A DNA stretch of 64,000 nt, taken from a virus. Its lineage: Duplodnaviria > Caudoviricetes. Location: IMG/VR virus record IMGVR_UViG_3300021426_000086, positions 11,366-75,365 of that record; one strand, 5' to 3'. How positions within the stretch are numbered: position 1 is the stretch's first letter; each line of letters begins with the position of its first letter. Shown here piece after piece: positions 1-10,314 of the stretch. The translations under genes and the position numbers were made by a program. The notes beneath the pieces were generated by a model, which did not search any database, was not told the DNA's origin, and saw only the letters and a list, made by a program, of their open reading frames with translations.

Positions 1-376
1 CGTCGCCCAGCATCACGTCAGGGGGCAGCTCTATGGCCAGATAGTCGTAAGCCTCCATCTTAGCCACGCTCTTCTCGCCTATGATGGCGCACAGCTCCTT
101 GGTGGTAATCCACTGCTGCTGGTCACGCTGTACCACGGCCTTGCCACCCGTGGGTGGTATGCCACGCAGTATATTGTTGAACGCCCGCTGCGAGTAGCAC
201 CAAGAGCACGTCTGCTCAGTCTCGGGTATCAGCGTAAGCTGGTTGCGCATAAGTATATACTCGTGCTGGAAGGGGCAGAAGGCGTAGGGCTGGTTTTCGG
301 CCAACCGCTTGTTGGGATCAATGGCGCGATAGAACTGCGCCACATACGTTGGCACTCGCAGATAGATGTTAGGCAT
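1..376 (-). CDS. hypothetical phage protein, runs off the left window edge
   Basis: Hand translation from ATG at 376 (MPNIYLRVPTYVAQFYRAIDP...) stays open to position 1 and overlaps the stop of 369..1115. Confidence 0.7.
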   Translation of the reverse strand, partial: MPNIYLRVPTYVAQFYRAIDPNKRLAENQPYAFCPFQHEYILMRNQLTLIPETEQTCSWCYSQRAFNNILRGIPPTGGKAVVQRDQQQWITTKELCAIIGEKSVAKMEAYDYLAIELPPDVMLGD

Positions 377-1115
377 TGATGGGGGTGTTTAGGTTCATCG
401 CTTCTATATCGCGCTGGCATCGCAAAAGATCTTCCTTGCGCTGCATAAAAGCCTCTTGCTGCATAAGTTGCAGGCCGTCGGCATGGCAGGGGTAGGCCAT
501 ACACAGGTAGTAATAGCCATCGAAATCAAAGAACACGGGGGTTACAGGTTCTATTTTTTTAGCATCTAAAAAGTCAACCTGCAGCAACTTGTAGAATCTA
601 TCGGTAAGCACCGTGGGCAGCAGCAGGCGCTCGCGTTCTATGCGGATGGCCTGACGGGCTGTGCGACTAAGCTGGCACTGCTTGCCGCGCTTGGTGCTAC
701 GGCTCTGGTGCTGGGGCTCGTCGCTATAAAGCTCTATGTAGTGCAGGCGCCCATCAATGGCGGGGCGCTTGGCGTATAATCGGGTAGCGGTGTCAATGGG
801 GCTGTGGTTGGGGTTATAGTCTATGCTGCCCTCACGCTTGTTGCAGCGGGGTTCCCACATCTCAATGCCGTCGGCATCTTTTCCGCAGCTGCGCCACAGC
901 TGCTCGTCGGGGCGGGCGTCATCGGCAAAGCTAACACACATCACTCCGCCGGCAAAGGCACTGGCGGCTGGGTAATACTGCTGGGCACCCACCTTCTTGG
1001 CAAAGCGCTCGGCGGCTTGCTCAGCGTGCATACACTCGCGGTGCAGCGAGCGGAACTGCTTGCCCAAATGTGTACTGATAGGTAATCGGTAGTAATAACG
1101 TTTCTGCTGTTCCAT
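369..1115 (-). CDS. hypothetical phage protein (248 aa)
   Basis: ORF track; AT-rich leader and a promoter just upstream. Confidence 0.75.
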   Translation of the reverse strand: MEQQKRYYYRLPISTHLGKQFRSLHRECMHAEQAAERFAKKVGAQQYYPAASAFAGGVMCVSFADDARPDEQLWRSCGKDADGIEMWEPRCNKREGSIDYNPNHSPIDTATRLYAKRPAIDGRLHYIELYSDEPQHQSRSTKRGKQCQLSRTARQAIRIERERLLLPTVLTDRFYKLLQVDFLDAKKIEPVTPVFFDFDGYYYLCMAYPCHADGLQLMQQEAFMQRKEDLLRCQRDIEAMNLNTPINA

Positions 1116-1145
1116 AAATCTTTCTTTGTAATTTTAGGTCGCCTG

Positions 1146-1153
1146 CAAAGATA
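1146..1153 (-). promoter_or_regulatory. Bacteroidetes -7 promoter element TATCTTTG
   Basis: Matches TAnnTTTG in an intergenic region about 30 nt before the ATG at 1115. Confidence 0.65.
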
Positions 1154-1289
1154 CAACAATTTACATCAATATACATCAATTAGCATCGAAATTTACATAT
1201 AATTAACACGCTGACAATAGGTTAAAGCCGTGTTAATGCTCAGCAGGTGCAACTGACTGGATAGCCGAGCATACGGTAAGTTTTTAAAC

Positions 1290-1324
1290 AAAAAAAAAGA
1301 GAGGCGATTGCCTCTCCTTTTTTA
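1290..1324. terminator. intrinsic terminator, probably bidirectional
   Basis: GAGAGGC-gatt-GCCTCTC stem flanked by an A9 run and a T run. Confidence 0.8.
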
Positions 1325-1876
1325 TTCAGCAGCGGGCTTCTCTTCGTTGGCGGGCTCGGGGTAGAGGGCTTTGTAGGCGCTCCAGTCGATAGCGTCCTTG
1401 CGAGCCCATCCTGCCTGCTGGCATGCCAGTACATGCTGGGTGGTAGCGGTGCAGATGGCGTGCATTTCCTCGGCGTTAGCAAACTCCTCGAACACGGCTG
1501 TGCCGTCGGCCAGCTCGCCTACCTTATACTTCACGGGGAAGGTGAGCGCATCGGCATTCTGGTGCATGGCGTGGAAGTCGCTCTGGTTCTCCTTAGAGAG
1601 CCATACGTTAACATCGGTACCAGCCTGTGCGCCGTGCAGCACGGTGTAAGCAAAGCCACGGGTAATCTGCTCTACGGTGTCGGCATTGATGTCGGCCTCG
1701 ATGGCAGCCTTGATTACTGCAAAGGTAATCTGCTGCACTTGCTTGGTGGGCAGATAAACCTCGAACCACTCGTAGTTGTCCTTCTTGATCTTAACAAGTC
1801 CGTAACCAACTACCACGCGCGTACCTTCGTCGCGCACCAGAGCAAAGTCGCTCTTAACTCCATTCATTTTGTTCAT
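1322..1876 (-). CDS. tail-associated / fibre-chaperone-like protein (DUF4376-like)
   Basis: 184-aa ORF downstream of the DGR; family call from memory of similar phage proteins. Confidence 0.4.
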   Translation of the reverse strand: MNKMNGVKSDFALVRDEGTRVVVGYGLVKIKKDNYEWFEVYLPTKQVQQITFAVIKAAIEADINADTVEQITRGFAYTVLHGAQAGTDVNVWLSKENQSDFHAMHQNADALTFPVKYKVGELADGTAVFEEFANAEEMHAICTATTQHVLACQQAGWARKDAIDWSAYKALYPEPANEEKPAAE

Positions 1877-3074
1877 AATGCTTGTTATTTAAAGGTGAAT
1901 AATTATATAATGTAAACTTAGTAACGTCGCGGTCAAAATAGCCTATCTGCAGCAGCTTGGGTATAAGAAACAGGCGGCAGCGGATGTTGAACGAGTCGTA
2001 ATGGCTCAGCACGCCCAGAAACGAGTTGACTGACAGGAAGGCGTGTATAGGGTCGGCGGTATTGATTTTGTTCACATTGTATATCATGCGGTCGATAGAT
2101 GCGTTGCTGATATAACTGTGGCCATTCTTTACAAATGCGCCCAGAAACTCCACACCGCTGTAGGCATCAAGTGTGTGCAGCTTATTGCGGTTAAGCTCAA
2201 GCCCCAGGCGCTCGGCCAGAAACTGCTCGGCAGGGTCAATCAGGCTGCGCAGCCACTCCTTGCTGGTGCCTACCACAAACGAGTCATCTACATATCGGCC
2301 AAAGTGCTTGCAGCCCATCTCGCGCTTCATATACTGATCGAACTCATTAAGATACACATTCGAGAATAGCTGCGATGTAAGATTGCCTATGGGCAGGCCG
2401 CACCCGTCCATGGTGTAGAACAGGCTCTTGGCGTGGTCAAGCCCCTCCCAGTCGTCAACACTGCCTGCTATGCGGCAGTTGCCACGAGGGTCGAGCAGTG
2501 CTATCTCGCGTGTTAGCCACAGCAGGAAGTCGATATCAAGCTCATCGGCCCATGTGCAGCCTATGCCGCGCCCGCGTCGTGGTGCCATCTTCAGCAGGTC
2601 GGCACAGGCTATATCGGCCAGTCGCTGTCGGTCGATGTGCATAAAGTAGCCGCGCTTATCCAGCTTGAGCACCCAGCAGGGCTGCTGATAGCCACAACTG
2701 GCACGGCGTATGTGCATCTTCAGTCGCTCTATGCCGTAGTGCGTGCCTCGGCCTGGTATGCAGCTGTAGCAGTCCTCTATAAACAGGCGCTCGTACAGCT
2801 GGTGGGTGTAGTTGTAATACAGGTGGTGAAGCACGCGATCAGGGAATTGCGCTGCAAAAACCTCACGCTTTTTTGGGCGCTCTACTATAAAACAGCTTGA
2901 GGGTTCTGGCTTATACCGTCGGGCCATCAAGTCGTCGGCCATCTTATTCAGATTCTCGTCAAGATTCTGCTCGTATTTTACTACATACGGCTTACTGGCC
3001 TTGTGGCGCTTGGCGCTCACAAAAGCAGCATGAAGGTCGAGCAACAAATCCTCGCGAGTTAAATGGTATGCCAT
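1854..3074 (-). CDS. DGR reverse transcriptase (about 406 aa; alternative start 3110)
   Basis: GLPIGNLTSQLFSNVYLNEFDQ and RYVDD motifs; lies next to a TR/VR pair. Confidence 0.95.
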   Translation of the reverse strand: MAYHLTREDLLLDLHAAFVSAKRHKASKPYVVKYEQNLDENLNKMADDLMARRYKPEPSSCFIVERPKKREVFAAQFPDRVLHHLYYNYTHQLYERLFIEDCYSCIPGRGTHYGIERLKMHIRRASCGYQQPCWVLKLDKRGYFMHIDRQRLADIACADLLKMAPRRGRGIGCTWADELDIDFLLWLTREIALLDPRGNCRIAGSVDDWEGLDHAKSLFYTMDGCGLPIGNLTSQLFSNVYLNEFDQYMKREMGCKHFGRYVDDSFVVGTSKEWLRSLIDPAEQFLAERLGLELNRNKLHTLDAYSGVEFLGAFVKNGHSYISNASIDRMIYNVNKINTADPIHAFLSVNSFLGVLSHYDSFNIRCRLFLIPKLLQIGYFDRDVTKFTLYNYSPLNNKHYEQNEWS

Positions 3075-3137
3075 ATAGTCCTTTTTTGTTCTAAACAACT
3101 CTAATAACATCTGAATTATAAATAACATCAATAAAAG

Positions 3138-3325
3138 CTGAACCGGGCGAACAGCGAAACCGTTGAAGCGGTTGTTGTTGTTCTGCGGATTGACACCACC
3201 CGAATTGAAGTTCAGGTTGCGACCGTTCGTGGCGGAATTGAGCGACGACGACCAGTAGTTGCCGTTGGAGCCACGATTGTTCCACGACGTGCCATTACCG
3301 TTACCGGCGCACGGGAAGAACAAGA
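3138..3325 (-). repeat. DGR template repeat (TR), 188 bp
   Basis: Aligns without gaps to 4280-4467 with 14 mismatches, all at TR adenines on the coding strand; 17 AAY codons. Confidence 0.97.
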
Positions 3326-3550
3326 ACACGCCCGGAGAAACATCTCGTTACCACCTTGCTAACGTAAGGCCAGAACAGGCACCACCTGCGGGTAGCGTGG
3401 CTGAGCCAGTCTATGTTTTTCTGGGGGATTTTTCGCCAGCCCTAACCAGAGAGCAGCGGACGGATAACCTATGTAATTATCTACTGTCAAAAATAAAATC
3501 AGATATGTAAAAGAGCGCCCGTCGAAGCGGAGGTTTGTTTTTATATTTTG

Positions 3551-4132
3551 TTAAAGCAGTCCTGCCACTTGCTGTTTCAGGCTACTTATAAATGCTATAT
3601 TCTCTTCAGGAGTGCGGTCCTCAAGTGGGTAGGCTATCACCTCGCTCACTATCGAGAACAGTCCGCTACGGGCCAGTGCCGATTGCTGGCTTGGTCCGCT
3701 TTTTATGTCCCTTTTACTTTGGTTGTTGGTAGTAACCTCGGTAGGCAGAGCCAAACGCCATGTTTCGTAGTCGCCCTGAATTTTATCAGGCGTATCTTCG
3801 AGAGGAATCTGGGCGCCGTCGATAACTATCAGCAAATCGTCGTTATCAAGCACCTGCTTAGAAGCGTAGCTGGGTATGAACTTTGATAGCGACTCAAGCG
3901 GGAAACCAAGCTGCACAAAGTCGTAGCTCTTCTTGGCATAATGCTTTACCTGTAGTAGTTTAGAGTCGCCACGTTGCTTCTGGAACTCCTCGGTACACAG
4001 ATAGTGCTTTATCAGGTAGGCACTTATCTCGTAAGCACGATAAAACTTTCCCTGCTTGTGCAGGATTACCTTTCGCCAGTCGTAATCGCCCTCGCGCTGC
4101 TGCTCAAAAGCTATTGCTTCTTTCTCCAGCAT
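3551..4132 (-). CDS. DGR accessory protein, MutS domain I-like (MSL type)
   Basis: Sits between TR and the target gene; VILHKQGKFYRAYEISA resembles the MutS-I hhhxxxGxFYE motif. Confidence 0.65.
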   Translation of the reverse strand: MLEKEAIAFEQQREGDYDWRKVILHKQGKFYRAYEISAYLIKHYLCTEEFQKQRGDSKLLQVKHYAKKSYDFVQLGFPLESLSKFIPSYASKQVLDNDDLLIVIDGAQIPLEDTPDKIQGDYETWRLALPTEVTTNNQSKRDIKSGPSQQSALARSGLFSIVSEVIAYPLEDRTPEENIAFISSLKQQVAGLL

Positions 4133-4191
4133 AATTATATTTTTTTAATTAGTTAATAATCTTGTTAATTTTTAATTTCCATTTCCCTGCC

Positions 4192-4230
4192 CGTGCTGCG
4201 CCGCCCTTGGGGGCGGCTGTATGCAGCACG
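4192..4230. promoter_or_regulatory. GC-rich hairpin/cruciform downstream of VR (DGR target-recognition element)
   Basis: GCCGCCC-ttgg-GGGCGGC nested inside CGTGCTGC/GCAGCACG arms, about 50 nt past the target stop codon. Confidence 0.7.
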
Positions 4231-4276
4231 CGCATTGAAATGGGTTTTGTTGTTTGTTCGGTTTGACAGTAAATAA

Positions 4277-5356
4277 TTACTGAACCGGGCGAACAGCGAA
4301 ACCGCTGAAGCGGCTGTTGTTGTCCTGCGGATAGACACCACCCGAATTGAAGTACAGGCCGCGACCGTACGTGGCGGAATAGAGCGACGACGACCAGTAG
4401 CGGCCGTAGGAGCCACGATTGTACCACGACGCGCCATTACCGTTACCGGCGCACGGGAAGAACAAGATAGCGTTATTAATCTTACTCTTCAAGCGAATAC
4501 CAACGATACTATTCATCGTAATCAGCTTGTTAGTGGTAGCTGCAGCTATCACGTTACCATCGGCATCAATATAGTCGATATTGTTGAACAACTCGGCAAA
4601 CTCGCCCGTAGTAGGCATACGCCAAGGAGCGCCAAGGTTAGCGCGAGCAGCATCGAACGATGGCGAGATGTTGCCTGTAAGGGCTGCGCCTGGAGTGTCG
4701 GCATAAGGACCATCGTTGGCTGTACCCCAGTTGTAGTCGAACGCACTTGCGCTGATGGGGTTGTGCATCTGGGTGTTACCCCACGAGCAGAACGAGCACT
4801 CGTACTGATACTCGCTGGCGGCAAAGCCGTTGGCCTGAGTGATATCAATATTCTTCTTAGCCCAGAGCACGCCGCTTGGCAAGCCCATATCTACATAAAG
4901 ATCGCTGGGGCTGCCACCACCTTCCAAGCCCATCAAGCCCACAATGTTGTAGGCCGAGCCATCGTAGCACATAATGGCTGTCATACCAGCCTTGATAACG
5001 CCTGGCTGCAGATTGCTGCCGTTAATCTTTATGTTCTTAGCACCTGTGCTGCTGATGTTAAGTGTGGCATCGGCCACGTTAACGGCATTGGCAAAGCGGA
5101 TGGCCACAAAGCCATTCTTCAGCAGAATAAAGTCGGAGATAGAGGCCGTTTTAGCGGCAGTGGTAGCAGCTGTGCTACAGGTGGCCTGTCCACTACCAGC
5201 GGTGGCAAGGTCCTGTATAAGCTGGCGTGCCAGATACTTGCCGGCAGGTGTACCGTCGGCGTTGAACAACATTACAGTCTGTGCCGCACCTGGTGCAGCC
5301 TGACTCAGCCCGGCCTGTATAGCCTTGAGCATGTTTAAACCTGTAATCGTTTCCAT
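4277..5356 (-). CDS. DGR target: tail fibre / receptor-binding protein with a C-terminal CLec-type variable domain
   Basis: YVDMGLPSGVLWAKKNI and WRMPT motifs; VR encodes the last 62 aa; gene ends the tail operon. Confidence 0.85.
   Translation of the reverse strand: METITGLNMLKAIQAGLSQAAPGAAQTVMLFNADGTPAGKYLARQLIQDLATAGSGQATCSTAATTAAKTASISDFILLKNGFVAIRFANAVNVADATLNISSTGAKNIKINGSNLQPGVIKAGMTAIMCYDGSAYNIVGLMGLEGGGSPSDLYVDMGLPSGVLWAKKNIDITQANGFAASEYQYECSFCSWGNTQMHNPISASAFDYNWGTANDGPYADTPGAALTGNISPSFDAARANLGAPWRMPTTGEFAELFNNIDYIDADGNVIAAATTNKLITMNSIVGIRLKSKINNAILFFPCAGNGNGASWYNRGSYGRYWSSSLYSATYGRGLYFNSGGVYPQDNNSRFSGFAVRPVQ
4280..4467 (-). repeat. DGR variable repeat (VR)
   Basis: 188-bp copy of TR with A-to-N substitutions only. 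Confidence 0.97.
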
Positions 5357-5406
5357 GTGATAATTTTAAAAAATTTATAAATAATCTCTTAACTCTCAAT
5401 TCCAAA

Positions 5407-5922
5407 TTAACCATTGATAACCACCGTCTTTGGCATCAGGCTTGCCACTGCCTGCAGCAGTTCGCTCACAGTGTATTGCTGGCCGTTAACGGTGTAAGTA
5501 TCGGTGGGCTGCACAGCGCTGCCAGCCTTGCTGCGTATGGTGGCCAAATCACTGATAGCATCCTGCTTGGCAGCCAGAGCGGTGTTTATGCTCTCTACCC
5601 AATACTCTATGCTGGCATCGGTAAATATCTCCCAGTCGGTGTTGGGCGTAGCATTGCTCACCACAAAGGCAATCTTGCCGTTAACCGTGTGTACCACAAA
5701 GGCATTGCCCTGCGTAACCATGGTGCATGGCAGGTTGCTGGTGGCCTTGGTGCTGCGATACAGCACGCCATTAATGCCCACCACGGCGTTTTTAACAAAC
5801 GTACTCGATGGCGTCATGCTCGATACTGCCACGGGGTGCAGCATGTCGTCGGCCAAAAGTTTTGTACGGAATCGCCCGAGCCGTCGGGTTGTCACATACT
5901 TAGTTGGATTCGTTATTGCCAT
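5407..5922 (-). CDS. putative tail fibre-associated protein
   Basis: 171-aa ORF; N-terminus MAITNPTKYV mirrors MALTNPTKYV of the neighbouring gene. Confidence 0.55.
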   Translation of the reverse strand: MAITNPTKYVTTRRLGRFRTKLLADDMLHPVAVSSMTPSSTFVKNAVVGINGVLYRSTKATSNLPCTMVTQGNAFVVHTVNGKIAFVVSNATPNTDWEIFTDASIEYWVESINTALAAKQDAISDLATIRSKAGSAVQPTDTYTVNGQQYTVSELLQAVASLMPKTVVING

Positions 5923-6023
5923 AATCTTATCTTTTTAAAGTTGCCTACGGTATTTTTTTTGTAACCCTGCGGGGAGTCGAACCCCGCAAGGTTTGGTAGT
6001 TAAGCGTGATTTTACCGTAGCAA

Positions 6024-6893
6024 CTATGAGAAGATGCTGTCGATATCGTCGTCTGAGCACTCCTGCAAGCCTGCCAGCTGCTCAGCCTGTGCAGCAGTCA
6101 TCAAACCAGCCTGACCGCCCACACCAGAGGTAGATGCAGATACAGTCTGCACGGTCTTTTTGTGTGGAGTGATTACACCGTTAGCATCCTGGCTGATGCT
6201 GTCGATGAAGTCAACGCCAGTGCCGTCGGCTGATGGATCGTTAACAGCGGTCTGCTTGGTCTTGTACTCAGAGAGTGCGTGACTGCTGTCAACGGGGTTG
6301 CCGTTGGCGTCAAAGATGGCGATGTTGTCAGCCACAGCGTCGGTGTCCTTGTCGGCCTTGCCAGAAATGTCCTGGTGGGCAACGAGTACCTGCTGAGAGA
6401 GACCACTCTTCAGAGTGATGTTCTTCTTAGTGGCGTCGCCATCAACAGCCTCGATGGCCATCTCGCTCTTCAGGGCGTAGCCTGAGAGGTCGTACATACC
6501 CTGGAAGATGTCGTACTTGTAAACGGGCTCGGCAGCAGTACCAGTGTTAGCCACGTAAACGTTAGCACCTGCAGGAATGCTGTGGCCAGCACCCTCGGCG
6601 AAGTCAGCAGTTGTTGTGAACGCATCGGTGATGTTCCACATCCATCCCAGACAACCAGCTACCAGGTCGGTGGCAGGAGCCAGGCCAGCGAAAGCCTTAG
6701 AGCCCTTTGGTACGATGGCCGATGGGATGGCTGCAATCTTACCCAGCAACTCAGCCAGAGCTTCCTCTACGGTCTGAGCTGTGAGGCCAGTGATGGCTGC
6801 GATAGCCTGAGTCTGATACTTAGCAGCGAGCTTTGTCTCGAAACGCTGCAATCTCTGTACGCTAACGTACTTTGTAGGATTAGTCAATGCCAT
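6024..6893 (-). CDS. putative tail fibre-associated protein
   Basis: 289-aa Ala/Asp-rich ORF in the tail operon. Confidence 0.55.
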   Translation of the reverse strand: MALTNPTKYVSVQRLQRFETKLAAKYQTQAIAAITGLTAQTVEEALAELLGKIAAIPSAIVPKGSKAFAGLAPATDLVAGCLGWMWNITDAFTTTADFAEGAGHSIPAGANVYVANTGTAAEPVYKYDIFQGMYDLSGYALKSEMAIEAVDGDATKKNITLKSGLSQQVLVAHQDISGKADKDTDAVADNIAIFDANGNPVDSSHALSEYKTKQTAVNDPSADGTGVDFIDSISQDANGVITPHKKTVQTVSASTSGVGGQAGLMTAAQAEQLAGLQECSDDDIDSIFS

Positions 6894-6979
6894 AATCTAA
6901 CAATTTTTAAAAATGAAACTTTAGTTAACTATAATTGAGTTGTTACTCAATTCGTTTTTGTGTCGGAGAGGCGCAGGGG

Positions 6980-7279
6980 CTATTTCTTTTTCTTAGCCCT
7001 CGGCTTAGCAGGTTTCTTAGCCTTCGGCTCGGTGCTTGGCTTTTCTGCCTTCTTAGTTGGCACTCTCATCGTTACAAACAGCTGCCCTTTGGCATCCTGC
7101 ATCAGCAACTTGGTTTGACCAGTTTCGCGGCAGTAGTCGCCAAAAAACTCGGTAAACATCGTCATAATCTCCTCGCCGGTTACTTTGTGTGCGTCGGCAC
7201 TCAGTTCGCCGTTCTTCAGCTCGCGAGCGGCATAAAAGCCATCGTCGCGGCGGTACATTTCAATTTTTTTCTTTTCCAT
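6980..7279 (-). CDS. hypothetical protein
   Basis: 99-aa ORF with a Lys-rich tail, in operon. Confidence 0.65.
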   Translation of the reverse strand: MEKKKIEMYRRDDGFYAARELKNGELSADAHKVTGEEIMTMFTEFFGDYCRETGQTKLLMQDAKGQLFVTMRVPTKKAEKPSTEPKAKKPAKPRAKKKK

Positions 7280-7315
7280 ATCGCCAGAATAATATTAAAC
7301 ATGAAACATTAAATA

Positions 7316-7573
7316 TTATATATCGTCGTTGCCATCGTCGGCGCCAGCGTCATAGCCAGCATCGTCGTCGTTGTCGAAGATCTCGTCGATATCGCTGTCG
7401 GTAGCTTCGTTCTCTTCCTCGCTCTCGTCGATTTCATCCTGGATTTTCTGCGGAATGGTTTCCTGATCGTCAACACCTGTCATTACCTGCATCAGTTCGG
7501 GTATGGTGTTAACGGCACCATTGGGGTCTTTGCCCTCGATGAGCTGCAGGAACTGCTCACCCGTCATTTGCAT
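7316..7573 (-). CDS. acidic hypothetical protein
   Basis: 85-aa ORF abutting 7574; Asp/Glu-rich C-terminus. Confidence 0.65.
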   Translation of the reverse strand: MQMTGEQFLQLIEGKDPNGAVNTIPELMQVMTGVDDQETIPQKIQDEIDESEEENEATDSDIDEIFDNDDDAGYDAGADDGNDDI

Positions 7574-8089
7574 TTAAACTTTGCCCATATCTTCTACTTC
7601 GTTAGATAATTGATTCGTGAATTGTATGCGCTTGCCGTCGCTGGTGTAAACATAGCGGCCATAGCAGTCGGCCAGATAGTCCTCGCCATCTATGCTGCAG
7701 CTCCACACCTGCTCGTACTGCACGGGGCAGGCAGCTGGGTGGCGCTGGCGGCGCTGGCGCATCATGCAGCCCTCTCGGCAAACAAACAGCACTTGTCGGT
7801 CGGTCCAGATGCGCTGCTGCTCGTCGTAGTCCTCATCCTCGTAGGCTCCGATAAAGATGGCAGTGTAAGTGCCCACCTGCGGATTGGTGATATTGAAATA
7901 CCATCGGCCCTGGTCGTCGTAGTAGCAATCGTTCTTAGTGATGCGATGCACCGTGCGTCCCAGATTGTTCTTTATAACGATATTCCACTTATCGCCCGCC
8001 AGGGTGAAATCATCCTTGGTGGTGGTAAGTCGGAACTTCAGGTCGGTGCCTGGGCACACGGCTGGTATGGTTCTTTGCTCTGTTGCCAT
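7574..8089 (-). CDS. hypothetical structural protein
   Basis: 171-aa ORF in the tail operon. Confidence 0.65.
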   Translation of the reverse strand: MATEQRTIPAVCPGTDLKFRLTTTKDDFTLAGDKWNIVIKNNLGRTVHRITKNDCYYDDQGRWYFNITNPQVGTYTAIFIGAYEDEDYDEQQRIWTDRQVLFVCREGCMMRQRRQRHPAACPVQYEQVWSCSIDGEDYLADCYGRYVYTSDGKRIQFTNQLSNEVEDMGKV

Positions 8090-8161
8090 AGTTTTATGTT
8101 TTTAATTTCTGACAGCAAAATTAAAAAATGCCTGCCACACATGGCAGACATTACCTTGGCG

Positions 8162-8437
8162 TTACGACTGCTGCGATTGCAACAATTCTTTAAGCGAATC
8201 TATCATATTTGGGCTAAACATCACTTGCCCAAAGTCGGTAAGCAGTTTTATCTCCTTGTCGTCAAGTTCCACCTCACCAGGGGTGTTGTATATCTTCAGC
8301 GCCAGTGCATGATAGGCTATACCCGTGCCGCGACTGTAGATGATATCACACAACTCCTGCTTAACATCGCTTACAACCAGCTGCTTGTGGGCAATATCCA
8401 TAAACAGCGGGAACTTCTCAAAATTTATTTTTGCCAT
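8162..8437 (-). CDS. hypothetical phage protein
   Basis: 91-aa ORF directly after the collagen-like fibre gene. Confidence 0.65.
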   Translation of the reverse strand: MAKINFEKFPLFMDIAHKQLVVSDVKQELCDIIYSRGTGIAYHALALKIYNTPGEVELDDKEIKLLTDFGQVMFSPNMIDSLKELLQSQQS

Positions 8438-8442
8438 AATCC

Positions 8443-10308
<1,866 letters not shown>

Positions 10309-10314
10309 GTTATA

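Noticed and set aside
3075-3329. N-terminal 85 aa of the 491-aa RT ORF in the track
   Set aside because: It is the translated template repeat with a TTG start; the RT most likely starts at ATG 3074 or 3110.
3551-4132. Calling the accessory gene avd
   Set aside because: It is too long and lacks the Avd helical pattern; the MutS-I-like motif fits better.
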